From Octopus sinensis (Eukaryota): DNA of 64,000 nt. A program made the translations under genes and the position numbers. The stretch is from the NCBI RefSeq assembly GCF_006345805.1, contig NC_043009.1, forward strand, positions 62,868,001-62,932,000. Reading direction: 5' to 3'. Of the stretch, positions 1-12,900 are shown piece after piece (position 1 is the first letter of the stretch; the number at the start of each line of letters is the position of its first letter). Below the pieces are notes generated by a model. It did no database searches. It was not told the DNA's origin and worked only from the letters and a program-made list of their open reading frames with translations.

Positions 1-142
1 CATCCTCTGAGTCAAAATTGTAAAAGCAGATTACTGTGTATTCGTGTGTGCAATATTGGCCGTAACAATATTCTGTGAATATTAAAATAAAATGTATTTG
101 TATTTCTGGTTATCTAAAAATGGTATGATTTATTTCTTGCAG

Positions 143-268
143 GTCAAAAAATATAAGAAAGGGAAAACGAAAGCAATCAATTCCCTTATAGGTGAAGTCA
201 TCAAGAAGACAGGGCAACGAGCTGACCCCGTTTTAGTAAATAATATTCTCAAGAAACTACTGGAGTAA
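143..268 (+). CDS. GATB: Last coding exon of glutamyl-tRNA(Gln) amidotransferase subunit B (GatB/PET112); rest of gene upstream of window
   Basis: Acceptor tttcttgcAG at 141-142. Phase-0 frame VKKYKKGKTKAINSLIGEVIKKTGQRADPVLVNNILKKLLE* (TAA 266-268) matches the GatB C-terminal motif pattern Y..GK..A...L.G.V.K.T..RADP..V. ATTAAA at 308-313. Confidence 0.85.
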   Translation, partial: VKKYKKGKTKAINSLIGEVIKKTGQRADPVLVNNILKKLLE

Positions 269-342
269 TTTAGAAGTTTCAAATGTGGTTTTTTATTTTA
301 TTATCTAATTAAACATTGATTTTTAATTATGTAGTTGTGTTG

Positions 343-630
343 TCATTATCGTCATCATCTTTTAACATCCACTTTCCATGCTGGTATGGGTTGGATGGTT
401 TGACTGAGAGCCAGCGAGCCAGAAGGCTGCACCAGTCTCCACTCTGATCTGGCAAAATTCCTACAGCTGGATGCCCTTCCTAATGCCAACCACTCTGAGA
501 GTGTAGTGGGTGCTTTTACATGCCACTGGCATGAGGGCTAGTCGGGCAGTACTAATATCGGCCACATTCAAATGGTGCCTTTTACGTGCCACTGGCACGG
601 GAGCCAGTCAGACCCTGGCGATGATCACGC
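343..630 (-). mobile_element. Family C repeat (RTE-type tail, (GAT)n end)
   Basis: Shared core ttaggaagggcatccagctgtag and tail ccaacccat(a/g)c(c/t)agcatggaaag.ggacgttaaa(gat)n; a related + strand copy follows at about 680-905. Confidence 0.8.
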
Positions 631-3600
631 CAGCATGGAAAATTGACATTAAAGGATGATATTTGTGTGAGGTGGTGTTCCCCTTGTCTTAATATCGTAT
701 AACTGTTGTAAACCAGTATCCTTCTCATACAAGCAGTGTTCTTGGTTTCCAAGCTTCTGTGAAAATGTCCAAAAACATCCCTTAATTGGAAACAGGTGAG
801 AGTTGGCAACATGAAAGACACCTGACCATAAAAAATTTGCCTCGACAAATTCCATCCAACCAATGCAAGCATGGAAAAGCAGGTGTTAAATGATGATTAT
901 GATTGATCACCAACGTGTTCAGTCAATTGGACACATTGAGAGCTTTCACAGTTCACTGCTGAATGTAAACCTTTGTAGGAGACAAATTTGGAAGAAAAAG
1001 AAAGAAAAAATGAAGTTGTTTTCTATATTTTCCAACTTACCTTTTGATGTGTAAAGAGATGTAGCAAGCAAGAAAATTTGAAGATTATTGTCTCACAAAC
1101 ATATATACTTTTTTTCTTTTTAAATCTGTCACCTCATTCAGTGTTAAAATTCCAAACAAAACCAGTTATGAGATCATTCTAGACAAGTTAATAATAAAAA
1201 TGAAGTAACTGCATACTTAGAAATGTGTTTTTATTTCAATATCTAAGTGTTGATCAATACAAAACAGAAATGATGGCGAGGAGGATGAAGAAAACTTATT
1301 TGAAAAACAAGAATTACTGACAATTATAAATGAACAAGGACAAGAAAATGATTTAACAAGAGGCTATTCGTCAGAAACTGCATGAGTTGAGCATCAGAGA
1401 AAGCTAAAGGATTTTTATTTTCAATTTTAAATTCTAGTCATTTAGTGAAGAAATCAAATGAAAACTGAAATAAGAATTTAAAAACATTTTTGCTCACAGT
1501 CCTCACAGTAAGGCTGTATTTCAAGTGGAATTTGTATTTAATTTCAAACTTCAAATATTTAATTTAAAATGGTGGTAATGAAATAAGCTGAAATCAATCA
1601 GACCGTTGTTTAATCATTTAGCTCACATACATACATAAACTTATTTCTAAGAGCATGTAATTACTTTCATGAATTTTAATTTACAAGTAAAATATTCAAT
1701 ATTCTCTAAAATTAACGAAACTCCTAATCATCATTAGAAATCTTCATTAGAAATGATTCTGGAAAAGACTAAAATATTTACCCAGTTTTACTCGAAGTAA
1801 AACGACGATTATGAAAAATGATTTTGCTTTTCTGTTACAATTAATTACTTACAGGTCTCTAATTTAAATCCAATGATATAAATCATTAATCACATAAACT
1901 AGTCAATGTTTTAAAATTATAATTAACTAAGAGTATTGCAACCACAATATTTTTGTTTTAAAACTGAGACTTATTTAAAGAAAGAATTCCATAAACATCA
2001 TTATTAGTCATAATTCATGAAAGGTAACGAGATAGTCTACTAAATTAGCAGCTGGTAAAGATATTTTACTCTCTGGAATGTAAAATCAACTAAATGCCAG
2101 ATATTGGATGTAGTTCTTCAGTCTTTAATAAGCTCCCATGCTGCAAGTTGGTAAGAAATATATAACAGATCAGTTAATTAGCCTTGAAGATGGTATAATG
2201 GTGGGAGTTAAAAAGTTCAAATAATCTTTTTATTGAAATCCTTTCACTATAAAGAAAATGGGAAGAAAGTTTTCTCAATGGTAGTAGTGCTCCAGCATGG
2301 CCACAGCCTTATGAGCTGGAACACATAAAGGAATAAATGTAAATTAAATGAAACAAGGTGGAAAGATCACAAAAAAAAAAAAGAAAAAAAGTGGTACAGA
2401 AGAGAAAAGAGCAACTAATAAATAAGTTGAAAGGTATAATTTCAAACTCAGACTCATTATCTAAATTTAATTTATTCAATAAAAAATATTCTTATATAGA
2501 AATGTGAGAAAATGTAATCTAAGTTGGGATTAAACTGCAATAGTTTTGTTTTCTTGTATTGTGAGAAAACATTCTAATTAACCACAAGGTCAGCAGACAA
2601 GGTTGTGGGTACTTTTCAGTAGCTTCATTAAATGGAAAGGAATTTGGAGAGAAGAAAGGGTGATAAATTTATGACAATAATGATGAGGGGATCCCAAAAA
2701 GAAAAAAAAGAAAAAGAAAGAGGGGAAGGCATCCTTCATGAGTGGAATATTATTGCTAATTATTTATTTATAAAGTACACAAAAAAATTTGGTTTTTATA
2801 TGTGTTTGTGTTTGTGTGTGTGTGTGTGTGTTTGTGAGACAGCATATGTGTGATTATACATATGCAACACAGGCAAAAAAAAATAACCCTAACACAATTA
2901 ATGCGTTTAAAACTCATTAATCGAAAAGAAAGAAAATGGTGAGGGGGGTGGGGGTGGCATGTAAATGAGTCTACATTCTCTTTGTCTCTCATACAGTTTC
3001 ATTGTATTCAGAAGTGTGAATGATAAAAAAATACTGCAAAATGTCTGATGGCAATGTGTAGAACACACAACAAACTGGCCAACACTGCTTTTGTTTTTTT
3101 TTTTATATTATTATGATCTTTATTTGTTTGGTTTGTTTGTTTGTTTGTTTTTAACAACTTTTCCAGGAATGAGATTGAGAAATGAAGTTCTGAAACAATA
3201 CTTAACTACACACATGTAGACACAGAAATACATGTTAGCCAAGTGAAAATATTTTCTTCTCTTCAAATTTGTTTTTTTTTTTTTTTTTTTTTGTAATTAT
3301 CTCTCCCTCCCCATCACCAACTCAAATTAACCTTCCTAAGTATTTTATTATTATTATTATTTTTTTTTTTTTTACAATTTTTAAGAAATTGTAATTTTTA
3401 TTTAACAGTTGGTGTGATCTGTTTATATTCATGCTCTGGTTTTAGTTAACTTTTAGGGATCACGCTTATCTGTACAAACCTATACAATAGAATCCCTTAA
3501 AAATGTAAAAGCCAGTTATACCACCAACATAAAACTCACACTAAAATTGTGATTGTATTATTCTTAACACAATTTCTGACCAATTTCTTCTCTATCATTG

Positions 3601-3892
3601 CAATGCAAAGATGATTTAGTTGCTTTTACTGTACAGATGGGAAAATTCCTAACAGAAACTGTCATAAGAAAGAAAGAAAATAGCATATCGTGTGATATGT
3701 TTTCCTGTTTTGATCCCATTTCAGAATGAAAGCTTTCCTTCAAGAGCTGAGCTCAAAGATTTCTGCATTAGAGCAATGACTGAAATACTAAACATCAGAT
3801 TTTCATGAGCTACTAACATTCTGTTTTTTATACAATTGTATCAAGTTATGGATTGAGTTCTGGCCTTCTTGTACAGCTTTTAAATGATGTAA

Positions 3893-3925
3893 TCACTTCT
3901 TTCTGGGTCGAGTTCGCCGTCGAAC
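3893..3925 (-). CDS. PDS5: PDS5 likely terminal coding exon 32
   Basis: Acceptor ttttatattttacAG, then [10 protein letters not shown] (TGA 3893-3895), followed by a long U-rich SINE-free stretch. Confidence 0.75.
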   Translation of the reverse strand, partial: VRRRTRPRKK

Positions 3926-6900
3926 CTGTAAAATATAAAACAAACAGAAAACTTAGGTGATAACAAAGGAGATGCAGAGAGAGAGAAAAAAATTATGTAT
4001 AAGAAATTAATGAAAAAAAGGATACAAAAAAAAAAGCTATAATTTTTTTGGATCTTTTATTAAACATTGATCAATTGGTGGATTGCAACTAACTCATTCT
4101 TTAAATGCTTTTATATGCCCTTCTCTCCATATAAATTATCCTTATATAACAGTTTATAATACTGACCACTCATAACAGCATTTACAGTTGTTACTGATAA
4201 CAATTAGTTTGCAATTTCTAAACTACACCACAAAAAACAACTTGTTCCAAAGATCAATTGGAAAGCTTGAATATACTGAGAGAAAAGGGTTCAAAACTTT
4301 AGGATAATACAAACATTAAATATTTCTGATATTGGTGAGAATAATGCAGAAGATATTTGTATGAATAATGGGACATGAGCTTTCAGGAACAACACAAATA
4401 TTAGACATGTCAGGAGATTTTTTTTTTAATATACTTTTTCTTTATGTATTTATACAAAATTATAGTTAATATGAAAATAATTATGGCAGAAGATATTTCG
4501 AAGATCACTTCAATAGAAAATGTGCTTCAACTAAAGAAGAAACAAAAGCCTTTCTAAGACTGTAAAGGAATAATAACTCTAGTGCCATCATGATCTATAT
4601 TGAAATGCAAATTCATTGTAACATGTACTTCACTTAACCCTTTAGCATTCCTATTACTCTGCCAAAGGTAATGCTTATTTATTCATACTGCTTTGAATTG
4701 ATGAGGCTTCACCTTGAAACTTAAGAGATTTCCATGATGTAACCGTTATCTTTAGAATGACATTGTAAGGTAGGTGTGAAAGGCTGAATGTGACCAGTTT
4801 CAACATAAAACAGGTACAATATTCAGGTTGGATACGGCCAGTTTAAGTGCCAAAGGGGGTTGATTAAACACACTTTCATGATAATGTTTTGGTCATTTCA
4901 GGAGATATTCTCATGTTGCAGATATGTCACAAAACATCCCAAACACAACTTATTCACATGCAGTCCTTCATGGATGCATTGCAAAATAATTATGCAAACA
5001 ATAATCATGAATTGAATCGAACCTGTTTCAGCTCATGAGCTATGGCCATGCTGGGGCACCGCCATAAATTGTTTTCAAAAATACACCAAGAATGAATTTT
5101 CTCCATTATTTTTCTGTTTTTCCCCAGGAAGTAAATTTTTACTATCCCCATTGTAACTCACTGCGTTTCATATTACCATTTTTGTATGGAAAGGGGAATG
5201 GAAGCTTTGACCCTTTAGCATTCGGATTATTCTGTCAAAAGTAATGTTTGTTTATTCATGTTTATTTTGAATTTTACCATGCATTACCCCCATAACTAGA
5301 AGATTTTTATGATGTGGTTATTTATTTTTTAAAGTGACACTGTAAGGTAGGTTGGTGCAAGAGGCCAGATCCGACCAGTTTAATTACTAAAGGGCTAACA
5401 CTATTACACATTTACTGACATATTTAAAAAAAAAACAACATTTACACTGAATTAATATTTGTACAGATATTAAAACCAAAGAAATGTTAAAGTGCTTATC
5501 CAGATGTTCATCAGTAAATGTCTACAGAATAACAAATACATTTATAACAACAGACTGCCTCTATGTTTTAATTTTCTTTATACTCAAGATTTTAAGAGTG
5601 TTTTGTAAAATACACAGGTTTATTAAGGCTGATCTTGATTAAGTGAAATATCTCAAGATATTTTTACTTGTTTCAGTCATTTGACTGTGGCCATGCTGGA
5701 GCACCGCCTTTAATCGAGCTACTCGAACCCGGGACTTATTCTTTTGTAAGCCCAGTACTTATTCTATCGGTCTCTTTTGCTGAACTGCTAAGTAACAGGG
5801 ACATAAACACACCAGCATTGGTTGTCAAGCGATGTTGGGGGAACAAACAGACACACATACATACACACACACATAATATATATATATATATATACATATA
5901 TACAACGGGCTTCTTTCAGTTTCCATCCACCAAATCCATTCACAAGGCTTTGGTCGACCCGAGGCTATAGTAGAAGACACTTGCCCAAGGTGCCACGCAG
6001 TGGGACTGAACCCGGGACCATGTGGTTCGTAAGCAAGCTACTTACTACACAGCCATTCCTACGCCTATTGTTCATGTTTAGAAGTTTATTCATATGAATA
6101 CTTTGGTCCTTGACGAGTTGATACTAAATAGAGCTAAAAAGTTAATGAGGCAACTCCTGTGATTTGAAAATTGTTACAAAGGAACCTTCAGTATGAAAAG
6201 TGTAAATATATTTGCTTAGATACTAACATTTGATTGTACCGGACTAGTAATAAATACGACAATTTTACTCACAATTCTAAATTCAACAAAAGACAAGGAA
6301 GGAAGGACACACTGGTTTCTAATTTTGGCACAAGGCCAGCAAGTGCGTGGAGGGGGGGTAAGGCAATTATTACTGACCCCAGTGTTTAACAGGTACTTAT
6401 ATTATTAAGAGAGAGGGGATTTTAAAAACCAAAATAAATCAGTCCACATCAGAAAGACAGTGCTTACCATTTGGACATTTCAATATCATTCTTTGCCAAA
6501 ACAAATTCCCAACAAAAGACAATGGATTACTAGCCTCCAGTGGTTAGGGCAGCGAACTTGCGGTCATAGGATCGCGGTTTCGATTCCCAGACCGGGTGTT
6601 GTGAGTGTTTATTGAGTAAAAACACCTAAAGCTCCACAAGGCTACGGCAGGGGATGGTGGTGATCCCTGCTGTACTCTTTCACCACAACTTTCTCTCACT
6701 CTTACTTCCTGTTTCTGTTGTACCTGTATATCAAGGGGCCGGCCTTGTCACTCTCTGTGTCACGCTGAATAGCCCCGAGAACTACGTTAAGGGTACACGT
6801 GTCTGTGGAGTGCTCAGCCACTTACACGTTAATTTCACGAGCAGGCTGTTCCGTTGATTTGGATCAACCGGAACCCTCGTCGTCGGAACCGACGGAGTGC

Positions 6901-9900
6901 TTCCACTTCCACGTAGATATTATGTCACACATGACATAAATGTTTTCAGTTGAACCTGCCTAACTTCTACGAAAGGAGACTTTGAATACACACAAATCCT
7001 ATACAGAAAGAAAACACAAAACACTATATTCTCTCTGTTTATGAACAACAGTCAAAAACTAACAAAGATTCTACAAATGCTAGGCTTTACAATCTCTGAT
7101 GTGGCAAAACCAAAATTGCATCTAAGAGGATGGGTTTCCTCAGTTTCAACAATTGCTGACCCCTAACAAAGCAGGGACAATGCAGTGGACGGGCAAGTGT
7201 TCGCTTGTACTGGGCCAATGTCCTATAACACTACAACAATCTTTGTTCCTCTAGATTAGCAAGTAATACCTTGCCCAACAATGTACTCAAGTTTTCTCTT
7301 TGTTTGCCAAACCAAACCCAATACTAATTACTCTGCCCCAATCTTACCTTCAAAGATTTACCAGTTCCATTGCTACCTATAGTTTCTCTACAAACAACCA
7401 CACTGAACTCACTAGGAAGGAAAGGGCACCGCCTTTCTTTCTCGGTTTAAATAAAATGATAAGACATTTACTTGCCAAATGGTTAAAATATATTGACATT
7501 TATATATGAAGAGAAACATGTCCAGCAGCTGCTGCTCGTTAAGATAATCACTGCACATACAAATCAACAATAAAATAATTGATGATTATGAACATACATA
7601 ATTTCATGCTTTCTAAGGAGAAACTCTTGAAACTACATGCAACATAACCAAGCTTTAGTAAATAAAAACTGATCAACAATAAGTTACACAAAAAATATAT
7701 ATATAGTTACCATCCATGCAAATATTAACTTAGAAAAAATTATACACTTTTAAGCAATATTTGACTGTTTCAAGATCAACTCTACAGAAAAAAACAAAAC
7801 AAAAAAAAACCAATTCAACAACAACTAACTACACTTCTTGAAATATTTTAAAATCTGTGAAGTTCAGCCATAATTTTTTTAAAAATTTAAATATTTGTGC
7901 ATACATTCGACAGATCTGCACTTCTACAATGCCACATGTTAATTTGTTGCAGGCTTTCCAAAACTTACATAGCATTATACCTTTAAACTATTATCGCTAT
8001 ATCTCACAGTTTCAATTAGAATGTATTGTAGTAGCAGTAGTAATAATAATAATAAGAAGAAGAGGAAGAGGAAGAGGCTTTGTCCTTTTGAATGCTTATT
8101 TCAGATGGCAACTGACTAACAATTTAAAAATGTTTAAACCTCTGGGTGAAATTATCTTTAACCCTTTCGATACCAATCTGACTGAAACCACCTCTGGCTC
8201 TGTCATACAAATGTCTTGTTTTCATAAGTTTTGAATTAAAATCTTCCACCAGACCTTAGTCACAATTTATGATCCTAACACTAGCTTAATGATAACCAAG
8301 TTATTTTACTAAACTCTTTGTTATATTTAAAATTAATTGAAAGAAACACAGAACATCTCAAAATAAATACGGTAACGAAAGGGTTAATTCTGGTGTTAGA
8401 ATCATACTGAAAGCCTGAATGTATTTCATTCGTGACATCAAGGTTCACAAAAAATAATGTTAAATAAAAGTTCTAATCTATTAACACGACAGACGAAGAT
8501 GAATATATTACTAAGGTATTGTTTTACAAGTGGCTGCTCTTCCTTTTCAGAGACCAAGCACACACTAAAGCTGCACATATACAGTATCAATTAACTATGT
8601 TGCCAATAAAATCACTATTATGCAAATGAAATTAACTTATTTAATGAAGTTGTAATATGACTATAAATTGTGTACTAACTCTTCTTTCCCTCTCAACGGC
8701 CAGTTGAACAGGGGTTTGGTTTTTCATGAAGTCTAGTCAGATCAACCCTTTAATTATAAAGATTTTAAAAAAAATACAACTTGTCTATGTGAATCACACA
8801 TTATGGAAATAGCCAAAACTTGTTTTGCTTAATTATTCAATGTACGTTACTACACATCTCAGATAAAAAGTCTTAACTGTTTAGGGCATGATACACACAC
8901 AGATACATTTACATATATACAGACGCACACATACATATGTACATATACACCGAGATTCTATCTCATAAACACTAATTCTGAAATAGCTTGTGTTATGAAG
9001 TTCAAAAGTTAACAAGGTGCAAACGAACAATTTCTGGATATAAAATAAGGAAACAGAATAACACATTTAGAGAAGAAAAAAAAGGCATTTCATGACAAAA
9101 ATAAACTTTCATTTATAGTAACTGAAAAGATATTCATTTATGGTCAGAATTATTACAATGACATGGAGTAGAAGAGAACTGTTGTTACAAGGAAAATACT
9201 GACTAAAACCAGTTCCAGATTATTTTAGTTTTGTAATAATGTGTTTCGCACATATATATATAATTAAAAAATACAAAGAAACATCCAAAAGGACAAAGCT
9301 GATGATAAATGTAAGCAAATAAAAATTCACAAACTTGATGTAGCTTTGACTATTAAAAGCAAAGTTGAAAACAAAAAAAAAAAAAAAAATGATGACGGTT
9401 AAGAGACGTAAAACAATCACTGGTTTGCTCTCTAACACTGGGCAAACTATTACACGCATGACAATATGAAGAACTAGAGTTATTTTGATGAAGTTATTAT
9501 CTGATACACACAATATGTCCAATTTAGATTGTTTTAAAATAGTTAAACGCCTTATATGTTTTATGTGCATGTATGTATTTATATATATATTTATAAATCA
9601 TATTGTGAGATTCTATGGCTATGCGGGAGCTTTGCTTTTTATGAACAAACTTCCAAAAATGAGGGATGGCATCTTTTTAAGTTATCATAGTTAGACAGAA
9701 ACAGGTGGAGGTATTTCGTATCAATATGGATGGTTTATCTGAGAAGATGTGTATATTATTTGGCTATAATGTTTGTGTTGATTGTTTAAAGCAGAATATG
9801 TAAGCAACATTTCTCATCAAATTAAATGACCACCATATCAAGAGTTTGTACAACAATGGACCACGGAGTTTCCACACAACTAGATTTCCTGATTTGTACA

Positions 9901-12900
9901 GTCTGGTTACTCGAGTTTGGTCATACAATGACAAATAAACTTTAAGTGAATGCGGATTTCTGTTTAGGAGTGGATGTGTGTGTAGTTGATTGGATTGTAG
10001 TAGCCTGGATATTACTGATATTTTATCAATCCTAGTGAAAGAAAAGTAAATCTGGTATTAGTAGATTTAAACTGAATAGAGATGAAAGTAAATAGTAAGG
10101 TACCTCTACCGTTTCTTACAACTTTGTGACATTGAATTGAAATGGAATTTCAGTAAGAGCTAAATTCTAAATAAATAATTTTAATAGATTTATATTTTAA
10201 TTAAGGTTGCTCATTTCCACATGCTGACATAGTTTAGAAATTTTGCAAAGGTGGAGATATACTGATGTGTTCTTGGAACACAATTTTATCATTGCATGCT
10301 ATTTCCAACACCAATCACCCTCAAAGAACTGTTAATTTATCTGATGCTATACAGACTGAGTAAGCAAAGCATTTTGGCCAAATACAAAAATAGTGGAATG
10401 AGGTTAATTTACTAAATATTATGTGATAAATAAACTGCAGTTATTCGTTTTTTTTTAGTTTAGTTTTCATGTCTGTGGGTTAAATGAAGTAGATGTTTGT
10501 AGTGCGGCATATAAGGAACGCCAGGTGGGCTAAGGTATACCTGGCTTCCAGATGCACAATAATCAGCTTCTGAATCACCGTTTGGCTGCACAGAATGAAA
10601 GCACTTTCGAGGACAGTCTTGCTTATTCATGGCTATCACAGGCCTAAAACAACAGCAACATTAGTGGCCAAATGCATGTCCTTAACAAAGCAAAAACTGC
10701 CTCACAACTGACCTTCTCCCTCAGGACTAAAACAGGTTCGTCTGATGTCCATCATCACTGATATACAAGACTACAAGAAACTTAAGATGGAAGTATGGAC
10801 TAGTAGTACAAATTAAGCATCCCACAAATCTAAGACTTTTTTTTTGGTGCTGTTGTTACGATGCTCCAGAATGATAACATAATGGTTCCAACTAATATAT
10901 AACTAAATGCAGAATCTGCAATTCTTCGGGTTTCTTTGGCATATGTGAAGTTTGCATAAAAGCTAATGTGTTTGGCAGCAGTTTAAATGGTGTTGGGTCA
11001 ATTTATATTAGAGTGAAGGATTGGTGAAATGTTATTTGATAAGTAGGAGTGGGGGGAGGGTTGGATTAGTGGCTCTCAGTTGCACTTCCCCTTATTAATC
11101 AGAAAGAAGAATGTGTATTAATAAAGCCCTTTGCCAATGGAAGTTCAAGAAGGCCAAATTTGTGCAATGTATCCAACTGTTACAATGTCAACAAGGCACT
11201 GATGTAAATATGGGACGCAGTACAAGCAAGGAACAGGGAGTGCACTTTCCTCTACGAGAAAACAAAGAACACTGATTGAAGATAGAGAACAGAAAATAAA
11301 GGACATCGAGCTAGAGTCTAATTGAATTGAAAACAATTCAATGTTGAGTTAAAAGTTAATTTCTAATCATCCTTTCACAAACTTCAAAGAGCAATATAAA
11401 CTACATAACAATTTAGTATGAATGAAAGAAGAAAAAAAAAAAGAAAGAGGAAATACAAAAGATTAAAGGTTAGTAAAGTGTCAATAATATAATTTAAGAC
11501 TATAACCTTAAAAAAAAGTGGGGAGAAGAGAGAGCCAATATAGAAGTTCATAATTTGTTGGGATGTTTTTGTTTTACAAATATACAAAACTTTTTTACAA
11601 TAATAATTATAAGAGTATGCACTTTATTTTCTGTTCAACGTAAAATGGATATTTGCCATACAAAGTTTGCCAGCACATGCAGTAACCAAAGAGTGAAAAG
11701 GTCTATCATAGTAGTTTGTTTTCTTGTAGCTACATACAATAGAAAACCTTTTCTAGGCCAGCTTGCACAATTTAAAAGCTCACCCTAAAAATTTATAAGA
11801 CAACACAAAAGTATTATACAAAGTATGGTCTTTACCAATCAGGATTCCCAAGGATTATCCATGAAAGAGAGTTTCAAAGCTCTCTAGGGCTAAAAGAAAG
11901 GATTTAAAATTCAGAACCACAGAGTAGATTACAATGCTTATTCATATGTATATATAAATATTTATTTAAGAACAATATTCAGAACAGCTTTTAACACAAG
12001 CTATCTACTATATAATCATTCCCTTTTTTCCCCCCAACTCCAAAACTCTAAATCAATCTCGACAATAGAAAAAAAGGTGAGCTTTAATGACTTTACATTA
12101 TTTGCCTATCGAAGACAAGAAATTCTTTATCATGTAAATCAAGTTAAGAAAAAGAAAAAAAAGGTTCAATCTTCTGTGAAATATCAGAAGGAAAAATGTA
12201 GAAAAGGCAAAATTTAAAATATACAAGAATTTGGGGGAAACCACAAATGTTAAATTTAATTCATCTACAACAATTAAATACACAAGTAATCACACGTAAC
12301 AGACTTTAGTATGTATAGAAAACACAGGAGCTTTTAATGGTTGTTGTCATTATCATTTTCGAATACTAGATTATAAATCTTCATTGCAAACAATATATTA
12401 ATTAAAGATGATTGTGTAACATAAAATATGAGAGTATTTGTATATTCTAGAAATGGAATATCTAGCTATAAGGAAAATTAACTGAACACAGATCTCAGCA
12501 AACTCAACATAAATAACAGTGAGAAACTGGAAATGGAAGCATCTGGAACCTCACTGCACTACTAACATCAGGTTCGCTTATAATTTTTGCAATCAAGAAT
12601 CAGATTTCTGTCTAATGTAACAAGTCTGTATTTTGAAAATCCATATATTTATTAATATCTTGGGTGGCATCATTGGAAAACTAAAAGAATGCAAAGTGCA
12701 TTGTGACCAGCGATATATAACAACATCCGTTAGTCTGGTCGATACCATGATATCGTAGGAAATCATTTCTTGTAGCTTGATACTTCTTAATGCAATCATA
12801 AAAAAGTTTTTGTTCTTCATAGCCGTAGATTGGAAGGAAATTTATGTACCTCAGGCACAATACAAATCTTTGTATCAAAAGTGTATCGCATAGGCTGACA

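Noticed and set aside
1250-1383. Acidic + strand frame NDGEEDEENLFEKQELL...SSETA*
   Set aside because: No ATG or convincing acceptor in that frame and no recognisable homology; GATB already terminates at 268.
5668-6097. ORF-track peptides such as [14 protein letters not shown]..., [14 protein letters not shown]... and [13 protein letters not shown]... recurring across the window
   Set aside because: Incidental translations of SINE families B, C and F; no coding context.
7357-7380. GSNGTGKS resembles the SMC/ABC Walker A motif, inside a cohesin-regulator gene
   Set aside because: It lies in a 13-codon candidate exon with no preceding hydrophobic strand, Walker B or other ATPase exons; most likely chance.
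9760-10032. About 80-codon stop-free minus-strand frame after an acceptor-like site
   Set aside because: No start, no suitable donor, no recognisable protein; compatible with chance.
10721-10758. C box (GTGATGA) and D box (CTGA) on the host-gene strand suggesting a snoRNA
   Set aside because: Only 38 nt box to box with no terminal stem; too short for a C/D snoRNA.
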